The translations under genes and the position numbers were made by a program. Shown here piece by piece: positions 34,761 through 45,617 of a stretch of DNA of 51,693 bases (position 1 is the first letter of the stretch; each line of letters opens with the position of its first letter). Source of the stretch: a virus (taxonomy: Duplodnaviria; Caudoviricetes); the IMG/VR virus record IMGVR_UViG_3300036939_000003, positions 1-51,693 of that record; one strand, 5' to 3'. The notes below the pieces were generated by a model. That model made no database searches. It saw only the letters and a program-made list of their open reading frames with translations, and was not told where the DNA came from.

Positions 34761-35758
34761 TGGCTGAAATTCCACAACAAGCAATAAAAGACTGGCATAC
34801 GGTAAAACCGTCAAGTTATGCAGCGTTTTGCCTTATGTGCCAAGTCAAAGACACTCGCTCGGAAGATGTCTATTTAGATCAAGCCAAAGCTTCAGAATAC
34901 GGGATTAAAAAGAGTGCTTACTACTATGCTTTTGATGAACTGGAAAGTGAAAACTGGATTGCCTTTTCCAGAAAAGCGGATGGCAAGAAATGGTGGAAAC
35001 TACTCAAAGGGTTTTCCGCAAACGTTGAAATTGAGCAACCGATTGAAGATGAAAATTCCGCAAACGTGGAAAACGAGAATGAAAAAGAGTCCATAAGCGT
35101 GGAAAATTCCGCAAATACGGAAAAAGAAAGTGAAAAAATTCCGCAAACGTGGAATGAAAATTCCGCAAACGTGGAATCCCCCCTAGAACCCCCTATAAGG
35201 ATAAATATTAACCAAAAAGAAATTAAACCAAAGTATGAAGAAAGTCTTTTCGTCGTTCGCCTTTCGGATAGTGACACGGAATTGAGAAGTGCAATTGCAG
35301 GCAAAATCGGAGAGAAGAAGAAAACTGAACCTGTTTCTCCTGAAGAATGGGTTCAAATCGTTCAGGTTTTCGATAATTGGAAAAGAGTATTCAGAAAAAA
35401 CCGTTCAACTAGACTTACGGCGGAAAGGGGAAGGGCAATTCTAGACAGATTACGTTCAATTCATAAATTCACTGTTGAAGAAATCGAGAAGGCGATCAAA
35501 GGGTGTAGAGCCAGCCCAAATCATAACGGCACTAATGACGGCAAAGTATACGATGAAATAGAACTTATCTGCCGTACAGATCAATTCACTGAAAGGTTTA
35601 TAGGGTATTACGAAGTAGCTAACCAAAACGGAGCAAAAAATGCAATTAGTAAAAACGGAAACGGCAATTATCGAAACGGAAAGCAAACCGCTTTCCCCAG
35701 CAATCAGCGAACTGATGAGGAAACTCTCGCTCTCATCGGAGCAAGCCCCAAAACCTGA
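34760..35758 (+). CDS. Replication initiator protein
   Basis: Internal iteron array; C-terminal VFDNWK...EEIEKAIKG domain; upstream of the loader ATPase. Confidence 0.75.
   Translation: MAEIPQQAIKDWHTVKPSSYAAFCLMCQVKDTRSEDVYLDQAKASEYGIKKSAYYYAFDELESENWIAFSRKADGKKWWKLLKGFSANVEIEQPIEDENSANVENENEKESISVENSANTEKESEKIPQTWNENSANVESPLEPPIRININQKEIKPKYEESLFVVRLSDSDTELRSAIAGKIGEKKKTEPVSPEEWVQIVQVFDNWKRVFRKNRSTRLTAERGRAILDRLRSIHKFTVEEIEKAIKGCRASPNHNGTNDGKVYDEIELICRTDQFTERFIGYYEVANQNGAKNAISKNGNGNYRNGKQTAFPSNQRTDEETLALIGASPKT
35012..35177. repeat. Iteron array, probable replication origin
   Basis: Five copies of consensus AAAATTCCGCAAACGTGGAA near 35012, 35052, 35103, 35135 and 35157. Confidence 0.8.
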
Positions 35759-36422
35759 ATGCGAGGTTTGCAATGATGCGCCAACAGGAATGGTGATTGT
35801 CAGAGAAAACGGCTATTCGTTCGCTAAACCCTGTGTTTGCAGGTTGGAAAAGTTACGCCGTAATCGTCTCGCTCAGATACCGCAGATTTACAAGGATGTT
35901 TCGATTGACACTTTGAAAGCCATCAATAATTCGCAGCAAAAAGCGGTTGCTCTCGTTAAAGCTTACCCGCAGGATAATTTTATCTTTTGCGGTCGTTTTG
36001 GCTCGGGCAAAACATACCTTCTCTGGACGCTTTACAAGGCGGCTGTGATGCGTGATACGGAAAGAGTAGTAGCCTGCAAGATGGTTACTCTGATTGATGA
36101 GTATAAAAGATTTATTGCCGATTCTATGGCGAATGTGGATAAGCCGGTTTATCCGAGAATAGCGGCGGCAGACCTTCGCCAAGACCATACCAAATACTCG
36201 ATATTTTTTGACGATATTGATAAGGAAACTCCGACAGAGTTTGTTGCTAAACAGGTGTTCGATTTAGCCGATGCGATTTATGAGAATAAACACCAGATCG
36301 TGACTACGACAAATTTAACAGTTACGGAATTAGTTGATTATTTCGACAGGGCAGATAAAAGATACGGCGGCGGTATCGTTCGCAGGTTAATTGATAACGC
36401 CCATCGGATTGAGATGTTTTAA
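35640..36422 (+). CDS. DnaC/IstB-like AAA+ helicase loader
   Basis: CEVC..CVC Zn motif, Walker A GRFGSGKT, Walker B IFFDDI, TTN sensor. Confidence 0.85.
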   Translation: MQLVKTETAIIETESKPLSPAISELMRKLSLSSEQAPKPECEVCNDAPTGMVIVRENGYSFAKPCVCRLEKLRRNRLAQIPQIYKDVSIDTLKAINNSQQKAVALVKAYPQDNFIFCGRFGSGKTYLLWTLYKAAVMRDTERVVACKMVTLIDEYKRFIADSMANVDKPVYPRIAAADLRQDHTKYSIFFDDIDKETPTEFVAKQVFDLADAIYENKHQIVTTTNLTVTELVDYFDRADKRYGGGIVRRLIDNAHRIEMF

Positions 36423-36467
36423 CGGTTAAAAGAGGAATGTATCAGTGGTTAAGTGTAACCATAGGGA

Positions 36468-38228
36468 TTGATTATGGAAAAAGAAAATAAGAAAAATGCA
36501 AGTTTCTTGTCTAATACGCTAACTAACCGCGAATTTGAAATAAGATGGTATCGTCAAAACGGTAAATATTCGGAACGAATCGCCAGAGATGGGCACGGGC
36601 AACTGTACTTAATCGGTGACTGGTCGTGGAATCGAAATTATCCTGAAAAAGCCGAAACAGTTGAACCTTTGATTCGCTTAGCTAAATCCAATTAGCGGCT
36701 TAATATTTATAGCGGAGTGGTTAAGTGTAACCATAAAGATGAGAGGTGAATATGATTGAAACAAAAGATAAACGTAAAAATTCAACAACTGATTCAATGG
36801 TGCAAAAACTGTTAAAAATGGCAGAACTTGCTTCAAAACTCTTACCTCGATGTATTCACGGAAACCCTATGCGCGATTTTACAGGGGCAATTCTTTATCC
36901 CTCATGCGGATGTAAAGAAAAGTTATTTAACAGCAATAAGTATTAATTTATGAGTGAAATAGAACTAATCGGAAAATGTGGATGCGGTAAACCTAACAGG
37001 TATCAGGTACCCAATAATCAATTAGCCTGTAATAAACATCTTCGCTGTCCAACGTATGATGAAGCAGTAAATATGCTGATTCAAGCAAGACAGGAAAATG
37101 CTTTAATGAGAGAAGTTTTAGATTCTATCGCTAACCCGATTCGTGTAATGCAAGAGGAAGCAGAAAAGAAAGGCGCAAGATTAGATGGAATGATGGCAAT
37201 GTCTTTGGCTAATGATGCGAAATGGTTATCACAACAAGCGCGTGAAGTATTGGATAAGGTGAAAAGTGATGAGTGAAAAATATTTAAGGTTAGAAGAAAT
37301 GTTTCGTGTTGATGGCGGTCTTCATCCAGAATATGAAAAAGGTTGGAACGATGCTATTAAATTTGCTATTGAAAACCAAATGGTGTTTTTCGGCTACCGA
37401 GACAGAAACGGGGAAGCCACGCATAAAGGAATAAGAGGTAATTACGCATCAGAATATTTTGGCGAGATTTATGAAAAACTCGAAGCGTTTGAAAGGATTG
37501 CTGATGAAATTAATGAGATACGGAAAGAACATACGGTAAACGACTATTAAATAATGGCTGAACCTGTAAGGAGAATTTAATGAGTGAAATAAAATATAAA
37601 GATGATGGAAAAGGTGAATGGCAGTCTATCGGAGCAGAATTATATTTATCAGGTGCGCTAACTAATAGTAAATATCATTTAGAAATTAAGGCTTATGGTT
37701 CAGATAAAGAATCCTGTCAAATCAATCTTCATAGTCTTTTACAAGACCTTCGGGATGTGATGGAGGATTACATTTTAGAATTGCGTGATGAAATCAAATA
37801 ATGGCTGAACATAACCAAGGAGAATTTAATGAGTTTTGATTTTGAAGATGACGAAGACGATCCGCGTATTTGCGAGATATGCGATGAAGATTTGCCGGCA
37901 GATAGTGAAGATTACAGCATCCACGAAAAATGCGCTGATGTTTTACGTGAGGCTTTGAAATCCCCTATTGCAGTTATTTACCACGATGACGGCACGATTG
38001 AACGATTTAATAATGGCTGAACCTTTCAAATGTGATTGCGGCGAATTAATCAAACCGCCTGAGATTCTTCCGGCGATGGTTCTAGGCGGTTCTGCCGAAT
38101 ACGGAGAGTTTCAAATAAAACTTACCTATCTTTGCCCGAACTGCAAGAAAGAACAAAAGACGCGCTATCGTGGCAAATTGGGGATAGATACCATTGAGAT
38201 TTATTCGATAAAGACTAACCAAAGCTAA
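36468..38228 (+). other. Cluster of small hypothetical ORFs (nin-like region)
   Basis: Seven short co-oriented ORFs, several with Cys pairs; the last starts at ATG 38013. Confidence 0.65.
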
Positions 38229-38234
38229 TTTTTA

Positions 38235-38263
38235 TTGACATATTTTGATTAATCATCTATAAA
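38235..38263 (+). promoter_or_regulatory. Putative late promoter
   Basis: TTGACA-N17-TATAAA. Confidence 0.6.
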
Positions 38264-38320
38264 ACAAAGTAGAATTTATTAGCCGTGCGCTTTTACATTG
38301 GGCGCATTGCAAGCTTATCG

Positions 38321-38369
38321 GCGGCTTGTGCGTATTGAGAAATCAGTACCACAAGCCGTTTTTCTTTTT
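38321..38369 (+). terminator. Terminator hairpin in the leader of the lysis/packaging operon
   Basis: GCGGCTTGTG-C-GTATTGA-GAAA-TCAGTAC-CACAAGCCGT then TTTTCTTTTT. Confidence 0.7.
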
Positions 38370-38382
38370 CACTCAAAACAAA

Positions 38383-39699
38383 ATGTCAGTTAGAAACTAT
38401 ACCGATCAGGATTTATTAAACCGTGTAGCATCTTTGCCGATGTTTGAAGGCTTTCCGCCGAATTACTGGCTTTGCTGTGTTCGTTCCGATGAAGACGCAT
38501 ACAACAAGTTTGATGACAAGTTTTATTTATTCAAAGGTCAACAGTTTGTAAAGGTCTGGAAAGGGACTACTAACGCGGGCAAATTCGGATTAAAGAGTTT
38601 TCACACTTACAACTCGGAAGGGGTTGCGCTTCTAAAAGGCGACACCATCATTTACGAATCTCATACGCGCGGCAGTCATAAGGGCAAAGTATTAGCCTAC
38701 GTGCAGCAGAAAAGCTTTCCATACTTTCGTGATAACGACAGAGATAATTTTCACGAAGAAATAGGCAGAGAACGCCATGGCATCATTGGCGCGAATATCC
38801 ACCCTGCAAGCTATATCAAAGGCTCACGGGCTGAAAGACAGTTTATAGAGGGTTGGAGTATAGCCTGTATGGTGTTTGCCGTGCGGTCTGAATTTGATGA
38901 TTTTATGGCGATTACTCAGGGGCAAAGGAACCTGACGCTTTGCATCCTGAAAGAATGGAATCCGCCAAAACCAACGGGTTTTAGTCATTTTCAAAACTTA
39001 CGCAGTGAAGAAATAGATTTAGAAATTCCAGTTTCCACAGTCGAACACGCAAGACCAATTGGCAACATTCAAAATAGCCTACCTGTAACGCCTGTGGATA
39101 TGGAGCCGGAAATGAGCCCAATGGAAGGTGATTCAGATTCGGCTTCAAATTCTATCCTGAACAAAATACCGATTTTAGAAAGTGCTGAAAACACTATCGG
39201 AAAAGTGCAGGAAACGATAACCGAAAAAATAGGCGACGGCGAAAAACAGATTGAAAAAACTGTTTCGGAAGTCAAAAACACTTTCGAGCCGAAAAATATT
39301 CCCGCTTTTATTCCGCGATTCGGCAAGCAGTGGTTTTTAGGCTTGATTCCAGGAGCAGGCTTCTTATCAACCGTAATCGCTTACATCAATAATGCTCCGC
39401 AATGGCTGATTTTTCTTTTCGGCGCGTTGACCGGCATTGCTCTGTGGAACTTCTTCGGTCTAGTAATCAAGCACCGCGAAAAAGTCCTTGATTTTGTTAT
39501 CAAGTGTTATGAAGCGACCAGCCACCCGGAAATGCACAATTTGATACCTACCCCCGCAAAAGGGTTTTTTACGAACGGTGCGCGGCGCGAGGGGATAATT
39601 GAGGCTGTTAATCAAACGCCCGTTGAGCGTCTTGCGGCTGCGTGGCGTGAGCTTCCTGCAAGCGAAAGAGCCGCCTTTATAAATAAACAAAAATCATAA
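38383..39699 (+). CDS. Putative endolysin (L,D-peptidase-like) with C-terminal transmembrane segments
   Basis: GANIH...GWSIACMVF His/Cys motif; hydrophobic stretches WFLGLIPGAGFLSTVIAYI and WLIFLFGALTGIALWNFFGLVI; first gene after the late promoter. Confidence 0.6.
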   Translation: MSVRNYTDQDLLNRVASLPMFEGFPPNYWLCCVRSDEDAYNKFDDKFYLFKGQQFVKVWKGTTNAGKFGLKSFHTYNSEGVALLKGDTIIYESHTRGSHKGKVLAYVQQKSFPYFRDNDRDNFHEEIGRERHGIIGANIHPASYIKGSRAERQFIEGWSIACMVFAVRSEFDDFMAITQGQRNLTLCILKEWNPPKPTGFSHFQNLRSEEIDLEIPVSTVEHARPIGNIQNSLPVTPVDMEPEMSPMEGDSDSASNSILNKIPILESAENTIGKVQETITEKIGDGEKQIEKTVSEVKNTFEPKNIPAFIPRFGKQWFLGLIPGAGFLSTVIAYINNAPQWLIFLFGALTGIALWNFFGLVIKHREKVLDFVIKCYEATSHPEMHNLIPTPAKGFFTNGARREGIIEAVNQTPVERLAAAWRELPASERAAFINKQKS

Positions 39700-39728
39700 G
39701 GAAACAGTGGAGTTTATAGGGTGAAATT

Positions 39729-39974
39729 ATGCCGAAGTTTAGAAAGAAACCAATAGTTATCGAAGCAGTGCACTTTCATGGGCAGCCCGTTACTGGGGTA
39801 TGTCGTGGCGAGAACTGTAAAGGAAATGGTTATAAAGACGATCCCGCTCATATTCATACACTAGAAGGCGAGATGTCCGTTAATTATGGTGATTGGGTTA
39901 TTAAAGGCGTGATAGGTGAGTTTTATGCATGTAAGCCGGATGTTTTTGAGGCTACTTATGAGGAAGTGAAATGA
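39729..39974 (+). CDS. Small phage protein (PGDYG-like family)
   Basis: KFRKKPIVIEA...TLEGEM...GDWVIKG..GEFYACKPDVFEATYE. Confidence 0.75.
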   Translation: MPKFRKKPIVIEAVHFHGQPVTGVCRGENCKGNGYKDDPAHIHTLEGEMSVNYGDWVIKGVIGEFYACKPDVFEATYEEVK

Positions 39975-40081
39975 TTTTCAAATGGTTTAGATTCTACAAG
40001 TTTTGGCTCTTTGAACCTGAATCGGTAGAGATTTCACAAGATATAAATATTCAAAAGTGTTTCTGCGGTATAGGAGATTAA

Positions 40082-41298
40082 ATGGGAATTGCACATACAC
40101 AAAATACAGACAGATTGTTTCCAATGGTATCGCCTTCGGTAAAACAAAAATACACGAATGAAAAGCATTTAGAGGCTGATGAGTCAATCAGTAATAGTGG
40201 TACGAATAAGGTGATTTTCGACATTTTGCGGGATTTGTTAAGCACTGCAAACGTAACAACGGGCGCACTTCCTAGAGTAAATAGGGAGGGTGGATTTGCG
40301 GCACTTTCATTGGTTGATGTTGTAAAACGAGACGACATCGTGCGTGTTTTTGAACAATACGGCTTTTCTTTAGAACCAGAAAAACAGTCGATGGAAAATG
40401 GGTTTGTTGTGGAAAGAAGTTATATGCAACTTCGTTGCCCGCATTGCGAAAAGACGTATGAGGTTGAGATTGGTAACAACCCCCTTGTTAGGGACGGTTT
40501 GACGATTCGTCCGATTGAAAGGAAAAGTTAGGAGATTAAATTATGCAATTAGAATTATTTTTTTCAGTTATTGCGAACGTGCTTCAAGGGTACATATTAA
40601 GTTCTAAAAAGATAGCACCTTTCGCTAAATACGCTCTTAAGACGAGAGATTATCTAAACCTTTTCTTTCCCGAACATCTCTACCCGAAAGGCGCGGGGCT
40701 TAACGAAGATGTCAAAGCTCAGATTGAATCTATCGGAGCAGAGAAAATAGCCGTTCCAGTTTCGGAAGTTAAAAAGGCGGGCAAAGAATATAAATTTAAT
40801 ATTCCCTTTATTAAAGGAATGTAAGGAGACGAAATGAGTTTAACAACAAATCCAAACGACCCAAGGTTACAAAAACAAAAGGAAGTTGGTCAGCACGATA
40901 CATATTTAGTTTTGCCTGATGAAGAACTTTCAAAAGGTTTCGTGCGCCCTTATCGAGATAAATACATTCACGTAGGGCGGCATTATAAAGATGGCGTAAG
41001 GATGCTAGAAAAGCCCGATAAAAGCAACGGTAAAACATATGTCGCTATTGCCGATATTAGCCATGATGGAAAAATTATCGGAGGTGCATATATCACTCAA
41101 GAAGAACTTGACCAATACAACAAAACAGGTGGTTATATCGGCGGTTGCGGAACTGAAACCGTGATGGGGCAAAAACTATCAGAAACCTATGCCCGCTTTC
41201 CTAAATTCTATAGTGCGACATTCTGTGTAGGATGCAACAAGCATTTGCCTGTTAGTGAGTTTAGATGGTCAAAAGACGATGAAGTTGTTGGAAGTTGA
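40082..41298 (+). other. Three hypothetical ORFs (40082-40531, 40543-40824, 40834-41298)
   Basis: Each has an AGGAG RBS; the first and third carry Cys pairs. Confidence 0.7.
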
Positions 41299-41374
41299 AA
41301 TGAAAAAGTTATTACTCCCAATATCTTTTATTTTAATTTGTATTTTAGTCGCTTGTGTTGCGGCTTATTGCTAA

Positions 41375-42013
41375 ATGAAACAGAACGTAATGCTTATACC
41401 ACTCATTTCTCACGGTGTTGGATATATAAAAACAGGTGTCATCTCTACCGTTCTCGGTTGGGCGGCGGGCTATTTGATAATGATTTTCTTTGAAGTTCCT
41501 ATCAATCAGCTTCAATGGTACGAAAACCCGATGGTTATTTCAGCACTGGTGACTGCTGGTTTTCTCTCGCTGAATAAATTGATGGAAGTATGGGGTGACA
41601 GGAAAAAAAGCCTTGACACGGTATCGCAGAAACGCGAGGAGCAACACGCAACGTATTCGGATAAATTAGCAGAACTGACAAGCAAGGAGCGCGGCGAATT
41701 ATTGGGAAACCTTAAGGAAGTCTATGAAACGGAAATTCTATTTATCAAAGGTCAGCGCAACTTGAAAGATGCCGAGGCGTTTGAAGCGAGAATAAGGGCG
41801 CATAAGGCTGTTAATGAGGTGAATCGCTGTAACGGTCACATATTTATTCTTCACAGTCTTTTATCAAAAGCAGGAATCGAGATACCGGAATTTCAGGTGC
41901 GTTCCTATGATGAACTGATGCACGGGATAGATGAGGAAGTAAATCGTTATCAAAAACAGATGGTGATTCAAATGGAAGAATTGAGAGGTAGAAACGATGG
42001 GAAAGATAGTTGA
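41375..42013 (+). CDS. Membrane protein with coiled coil (holin/spanin candidate)
   Basis: Two N-terminal hydrophobic segments followed by a helical domain, in the lysis block. Confidence 0.45.
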   Translation: MKQNVMLIPLISHGVGYIKTGVISTVLGWAAGYLIMIFFEVPINQLQWYENPMVISALVTAGFLSLNKLMEVWGDRKKSLDTVSQKREEQHATYSDKLAELTSKERGELLGNLKEVYETEILFIKGQRNLKDAEAFEARIRAHKAVNEVNRCNGHIFILHSLLSKAGIEIPEFQVRSYDELMHGIDEEVNRYQKQMVIQMEELRGRNDGKDS

Positions 42014-42257
42014 TTTTATACGCCTTAACGCCTTTTTGATCATTATTTTCCTTAATGCGCTCACTATTGTTTTGTTCATAACGAACAATTACCGGGACAC
42101 TGAAAGAGAACGATATTTAGAGGCTCGCGGTCGCATCACGGTGGTAGTTATCAAATCAGGAATGAGGCGCGACATTTACACACCGGATGAGCAAAAAGTA
42201 ATTGATGAGAACTGGGAAGCGGCGAATTTAGGTGAGGATGAACCACTTAAGAGGTAG
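41997..42257 (+). CDS. Single-pass membrane protein (lysis accessory candidate)
   Basis: LNAFLIIIFLNALTIVLFI hydrophobic segment. Confidence 0.45.
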   Translation: MGKIVDFIRLNAFLIIIFLNALTIVLFITNNYRDTERERYLEARGRITVVVIKSGMRRDIYTPDEQKVIDENWEAANLGEDEPLKR

Positions 42258-42260
42258 AGA

Positions 42261-42569
42261 ATGAAAGTTTATAAATACGAAATAAAAATTGAAGATTTCT
42301 TTGAACTGTATCTGCCTAAGGACGCGAAACTCTTGACCATCCAGACGCAAAACGATAAGCCGTGCGTGTGGTTTCTGGTTAATCCCGAAGCCGAAAAAGA
42401 AAAGCGTTATTTCAGACTCGCAGGAACGGGGCACGAAATAGAAAAAGAATTTGAACATCAGCTTGAGTACGCAGGAACTTTTCAACTCGGTTCATTCGTC
42501 GGACATCTTTTCGAGATTCTGACTAGCGAAAAAGTTTTGGTTAGAGCGATGCAAAATAATTTATTTTGA
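42261..42569 (+). CDS. Hypothetical phage protein
   Basis: KVYKYEI...GTGH...VGHLFE; GAGGT RBS. Confidence 0.7.
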   Translation: MKVYKYEIKIEDFFELYLPKDAKLLTIQTQNDKPCVWFLVNPEAEKEKRYFRLAGTGHEIEKEFEHQLEYAGTFQLGSFVGHLFEILTSEKVLVRAMQNNLF

Positions 42570-42577
42570 GGTAGAGA

Positions 42578-43347
42578 ATGGCGGAAACAATCATTATCGG
42601 GGACACGCTTGAAAGGACGGTTTATTTTTATGAGCCTCTCGCTTCAAATCCGACAAAACCCGATTACACAAAACCGATTGATTGGGCGGGGTACGCGGTG
42701 ACTTTCAATATCAAGAACGGCTCCACCTTAAAGACTTATTCGGGCGGTAAAGTCGTTTTGACCACTTTAGACGGTGAAACGAAATTAAGCGTCGTTAAAA
42801 TAGCCCTCACGCCGGAAGATACCGATGCTCTTAAAGTTAGTAGCGAAAATATCCTGAGCAGCAGTTATCTGGAATTTAAGCACACTGCAACGGGCAGAGA
42901 ATACACCAGGGCGCGACGTGACGAGATTATAAGAGCGAAAGCTAAAAAATGATAGAAACGGTATCAATCATTAAAGAACCCGCTGAAATCGTCATCATTG
43001 AAGAAGGCGATTCGAGAGAGATTGTCGAAGTTTATGACGAAATAACTGAAGTAGCCGAAATAGCGGGGCAGGGAATACCGGGCGCCGACGGGCATACACC
43101 AACCGATGATGAATTACTTGACTTGATAACGCCGCTTATTCCTTTAGGGAATGATGCCAACTACATTCACAATCAAATCGGGGCATCGTCCTTGTGGGTG
43201 ATAACTCATAACTTAGGAAAATACCCGTCAGTCACGGTAGTCGATTCAGGCGGAAGCGTGGTTGTCGGCGATGTCACCTATACAAGTTTGAACAGTTTAA
43301 CGATAAGTTTCAGCTCGCCTTTCGGAGGCAAAGCATTTTTGAATTAA
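42578..43347 (+). other. Two fibre-associated ORFs (42578-42952 BppU-like; 42949-43347)
   Basis: IIIGDTLER..DWAGY pattern; WVITHNLGKYPSVTVVD motif. Confidence 0.5.
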
Positions 43348-43358
43348 GGGAGTAAATT

Positions 43359-44519
43359 ATGCCATTACCACTATTAACAGGAGCAGATTTCAACAAGCAG
43401 GAAGCCAGAAATATGGTGCTGCATCTTCTGGCAACCGCACCGTCAAGCCCGACAGAGGGACAAGTTTATTATCATACAGGCGACCATAAATGGTACTGGC
43501 ACAACGGCACAACGTTCAAAGATGTGACCGATGCAGTTACTTTGGCAGGTCAAGCCGCTTCTTATTATTTAGCGAGAGCAAACCACACGGGATCGCAAAC
43601 CGCTTCGACTATTTCTGATTTTTCATCTTCGGTAAATACTCTTATCGGGGGCGCTACCATCGCTCAATCTCAGGTAACGAATCTGACAGGCGACTTGGCG
43701 GCAAAAGCGCCTTTAGCTTCGCCCGGGCTTACCGGAACGCCGACAGCGCCGACAGCGACCGCAGGAACGAACACAACTCAAATAGCCACTACCGCTTATG
43801 TGGTAGCCGAGATTCTAGCCCGCCTCGCGTCAAACGATGCGATGCTTTACAAAGGCGCAATCGACGCTTCAACCAATCCCAATTATCCTGCGGCTGACGC
43901 GGGGCATACTTACCGAATATCGGTTGCGGGTAAGATCGGGGGCGCATCGGGCGCAAACGTCGAAGCTGGCGATATTATCATTTCTCACGTTGACGGAAGC
44001 GCGGGAGGAACGCAGGCGGCGGTAGGTGCAGATTGGGACATCATCCAGGTCAATATTGACGGTGCTGTAACTGTCAACGGCACTCAAACGCTGACCAATA
44101 AGACTATTAATGCCGATAACAACACGATTACCAATATCGGCTCATCGGAAGTCATAGCGGACATCATCACAGGTCAAACCGAAGAAACAACGATTGCAGG
44201 CGGTGATTACATTCTTATCTGGGATGCTTCGGCTAGTGCGCTTCGCCGTATGTCGAGAACCAATTTCGTTGCGGGTATAACCGGAACTGTGGGCAATTAC
44301 TCGGCGACAATCGGAAACGGCGCATCGACTTCTTATACCATCACTCAAGCCACGCACGGGCTTCGCTCGGACGCAAGAATGCACGTCGATGTCAAAGACG
44401 CTTCGACGGGTGAAGTCGTCTTTGCTGATATTTCGGTTAATAACTCAAACGGAACGGTAACGATTGCCTTTGCCACAGCACCGGCAACGAATGCTTATAG
44501 AGTCACGATAATTGGATAA
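43359..44519 (+). CDS. Fibre protein (tail or head fibre)
   Basis: LARANHTGSQ and KAPLASPGLTGTPTAPTA..TNTTQIATTAYV fibre repeats. Confidence 0.75.
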   Translation: MPLPLLTGADFNKQEARNMVLHLLATAPSSPTEGQVYYHTGDHKWYWHNGTTFKDVTDAVTLAGQAASYYLARANHTGSQTASTISDFSSSVNTLIGGATIAQSQVTNLTGDLAAKAPLASPGLTGTPTAPTATAGTNTTQIATTAYVVAEILARLASNDAMLYKGAIDASTNPNYPAADAGHTYRISVAGKIGGASGANVEAGDIIISHVDGSAGGTQAAVGADWDIIQVNIDGAVTVNGTQTLTNKTINADNNTITNIGSSEVIADIITGQTEETTIAGGDYILIWDASASALRRMSRTNFVAGITGTVGNYSATIGNGASTSYTITQATHGLRSDARMHVDVKDASTGEVVFADISVNNSNGTVTIAFATAPATNAYRVTIIG

Positions 44520-45226
44520 TGAAGATTCTAACGCAAATAAGTAAAACCACGCCTGTTGATGCAGATGAAATTGCGTTCAATGATTCTGCCGCATCGTTCG
44601 TGCTTAAAAAACTGACGTGGGCGAATTTGAAAGCGACGCTGAAAACGTATTTCGACACTCTCTATCAGGCTGTTCTCGTATCGGGAACGAACATTAAAAC
44701 CATTAATGGCAGTTCTATTTTAGGAAGCGGCAATTTAACTGTATCAGGAGGCGGAATGAGTATTTTAGCAATTCAAAATTACACGGGCACTTTAAGCTAT
44801 GCTCTTTCGACCACGCTTGGGGATGTTGACGCAACGAACGCCGTACTATCTTTTACAACTGGCGCAACAGGCAGAACGCTGATTACGGTTGAATACTGGG
44901 CTGAACTCACAGTTACATTCTCAGGAGATCAAGCTTGGTCGGGTGCGGAACAATCTCTTGTTTTAAGAAGCGGCTCTACAGAGGTGAGTTCACGAATTGC
45001 CGCGCCGATACCTCTTCAATACAGCATATATGAAACAAATGCAGGTGCTACGGCAGACATAATCCCAAGAGGACGTGTACGGGCAGAGTTTTTGATGAGT
45101 CTTACCGCTTCAACCGCCTACACACTAAAACTTTCAGCAATTAAAAATTCTGCTGGTCAGGGCTACACAATTAAATCAAACAACACCACTCTCGGAGCAT
45201 TAACAATAGCCGCTTACGGCAACTAA
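44519..45226 (+). CDS. Fibre protein
   Basis: LKKLTWANLKATLKTYFD and LVSGTNIKTINGSSILGSGNL fibre motifs. Confidence 0.7.
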   Translation: MKILTQISKTTPVDADEIAFNDSAASFVLKKLTWANLKATLKTYFDTLYQAVLVSGTNIKTINGSSILGSGNLTVSGGGMSILAIQNYTGTLSYALSTTLGDVDATNAVLSFTTGATGRTLITVEYWAELTVTFSGDQAWSGAEQSLVLRSGSTEVSSRIAAPIPLQYSIYETNAGATADIIPRGRVRAEFLMSLTASTAYTLKLSAIKNSAGQGYTIKSNNTTLGALTIAAYGN

Positions 45227-45230
45227 TTTT

Positions 45231-45617
45231 ATGGCACTAAAAGTAGCTTTTTATAATTTCACGGACGTAAACGGAGAGCAGAGAAGCAGGATGCTTTCTG
45301 TCGGCAGAACTAACTTGGCGTGGGGAATGGATGACAGCAGTATCTTATTCGATTCATACGCAAGCCCGGAAGAATCACAACGTGGAAAGATAGCAGTTAT
45401 CGAATCACTGCCTTGTCCCGTTACTTTCGCACAGGTATTGCCGATACTCAAACTGGAAGGCGTAGTTATAAACGTTCTATCGGATGCTATCTGGGACATT
45501 GCCGCCGATACCGCGTTCATTCCCGATTGGTCGGAAGAAATCAACCCGGAAACAAACGAGCGCGTTAGGAAACTGAAAACCTTAAACGAGCTAGGCGCTC
45601 AGATTATTGATGTGTAA
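45231..45617 (+). CDS. Hypothetical protein
   Basis: 128 aa, after the fibre genes. Confidence 0.65.
   Translation: MALKVAFYNFTDVNGEQRSRMLSVGRTNLAWGMDDSSILFDSYASPEESQRGKIAVIESLPCPVTFAQVLPILKLEGVVINVLSDAIWDIAADTAFIPDWSEEINPETNERVRKLKTLNELGAQIIDV

Noticed and set aside
34914-35096. Alternative-frame ORF inside the initiator gene
   Set aside because: It is short, has no RBS or motif, and is explained by the iteron repeats.
35012-35177. Repeat array as a CRISPR
   Set aside because: It lies inside a CDS with irregular, sometimes near-zero spacing, and no cas genes are present; it fits iterons.
38326-38382. TTG-started N-terminal extension of the lysin
   Set aside because: It translates the terminator hairpin and U tract; ATG 38383 is the sensible start.
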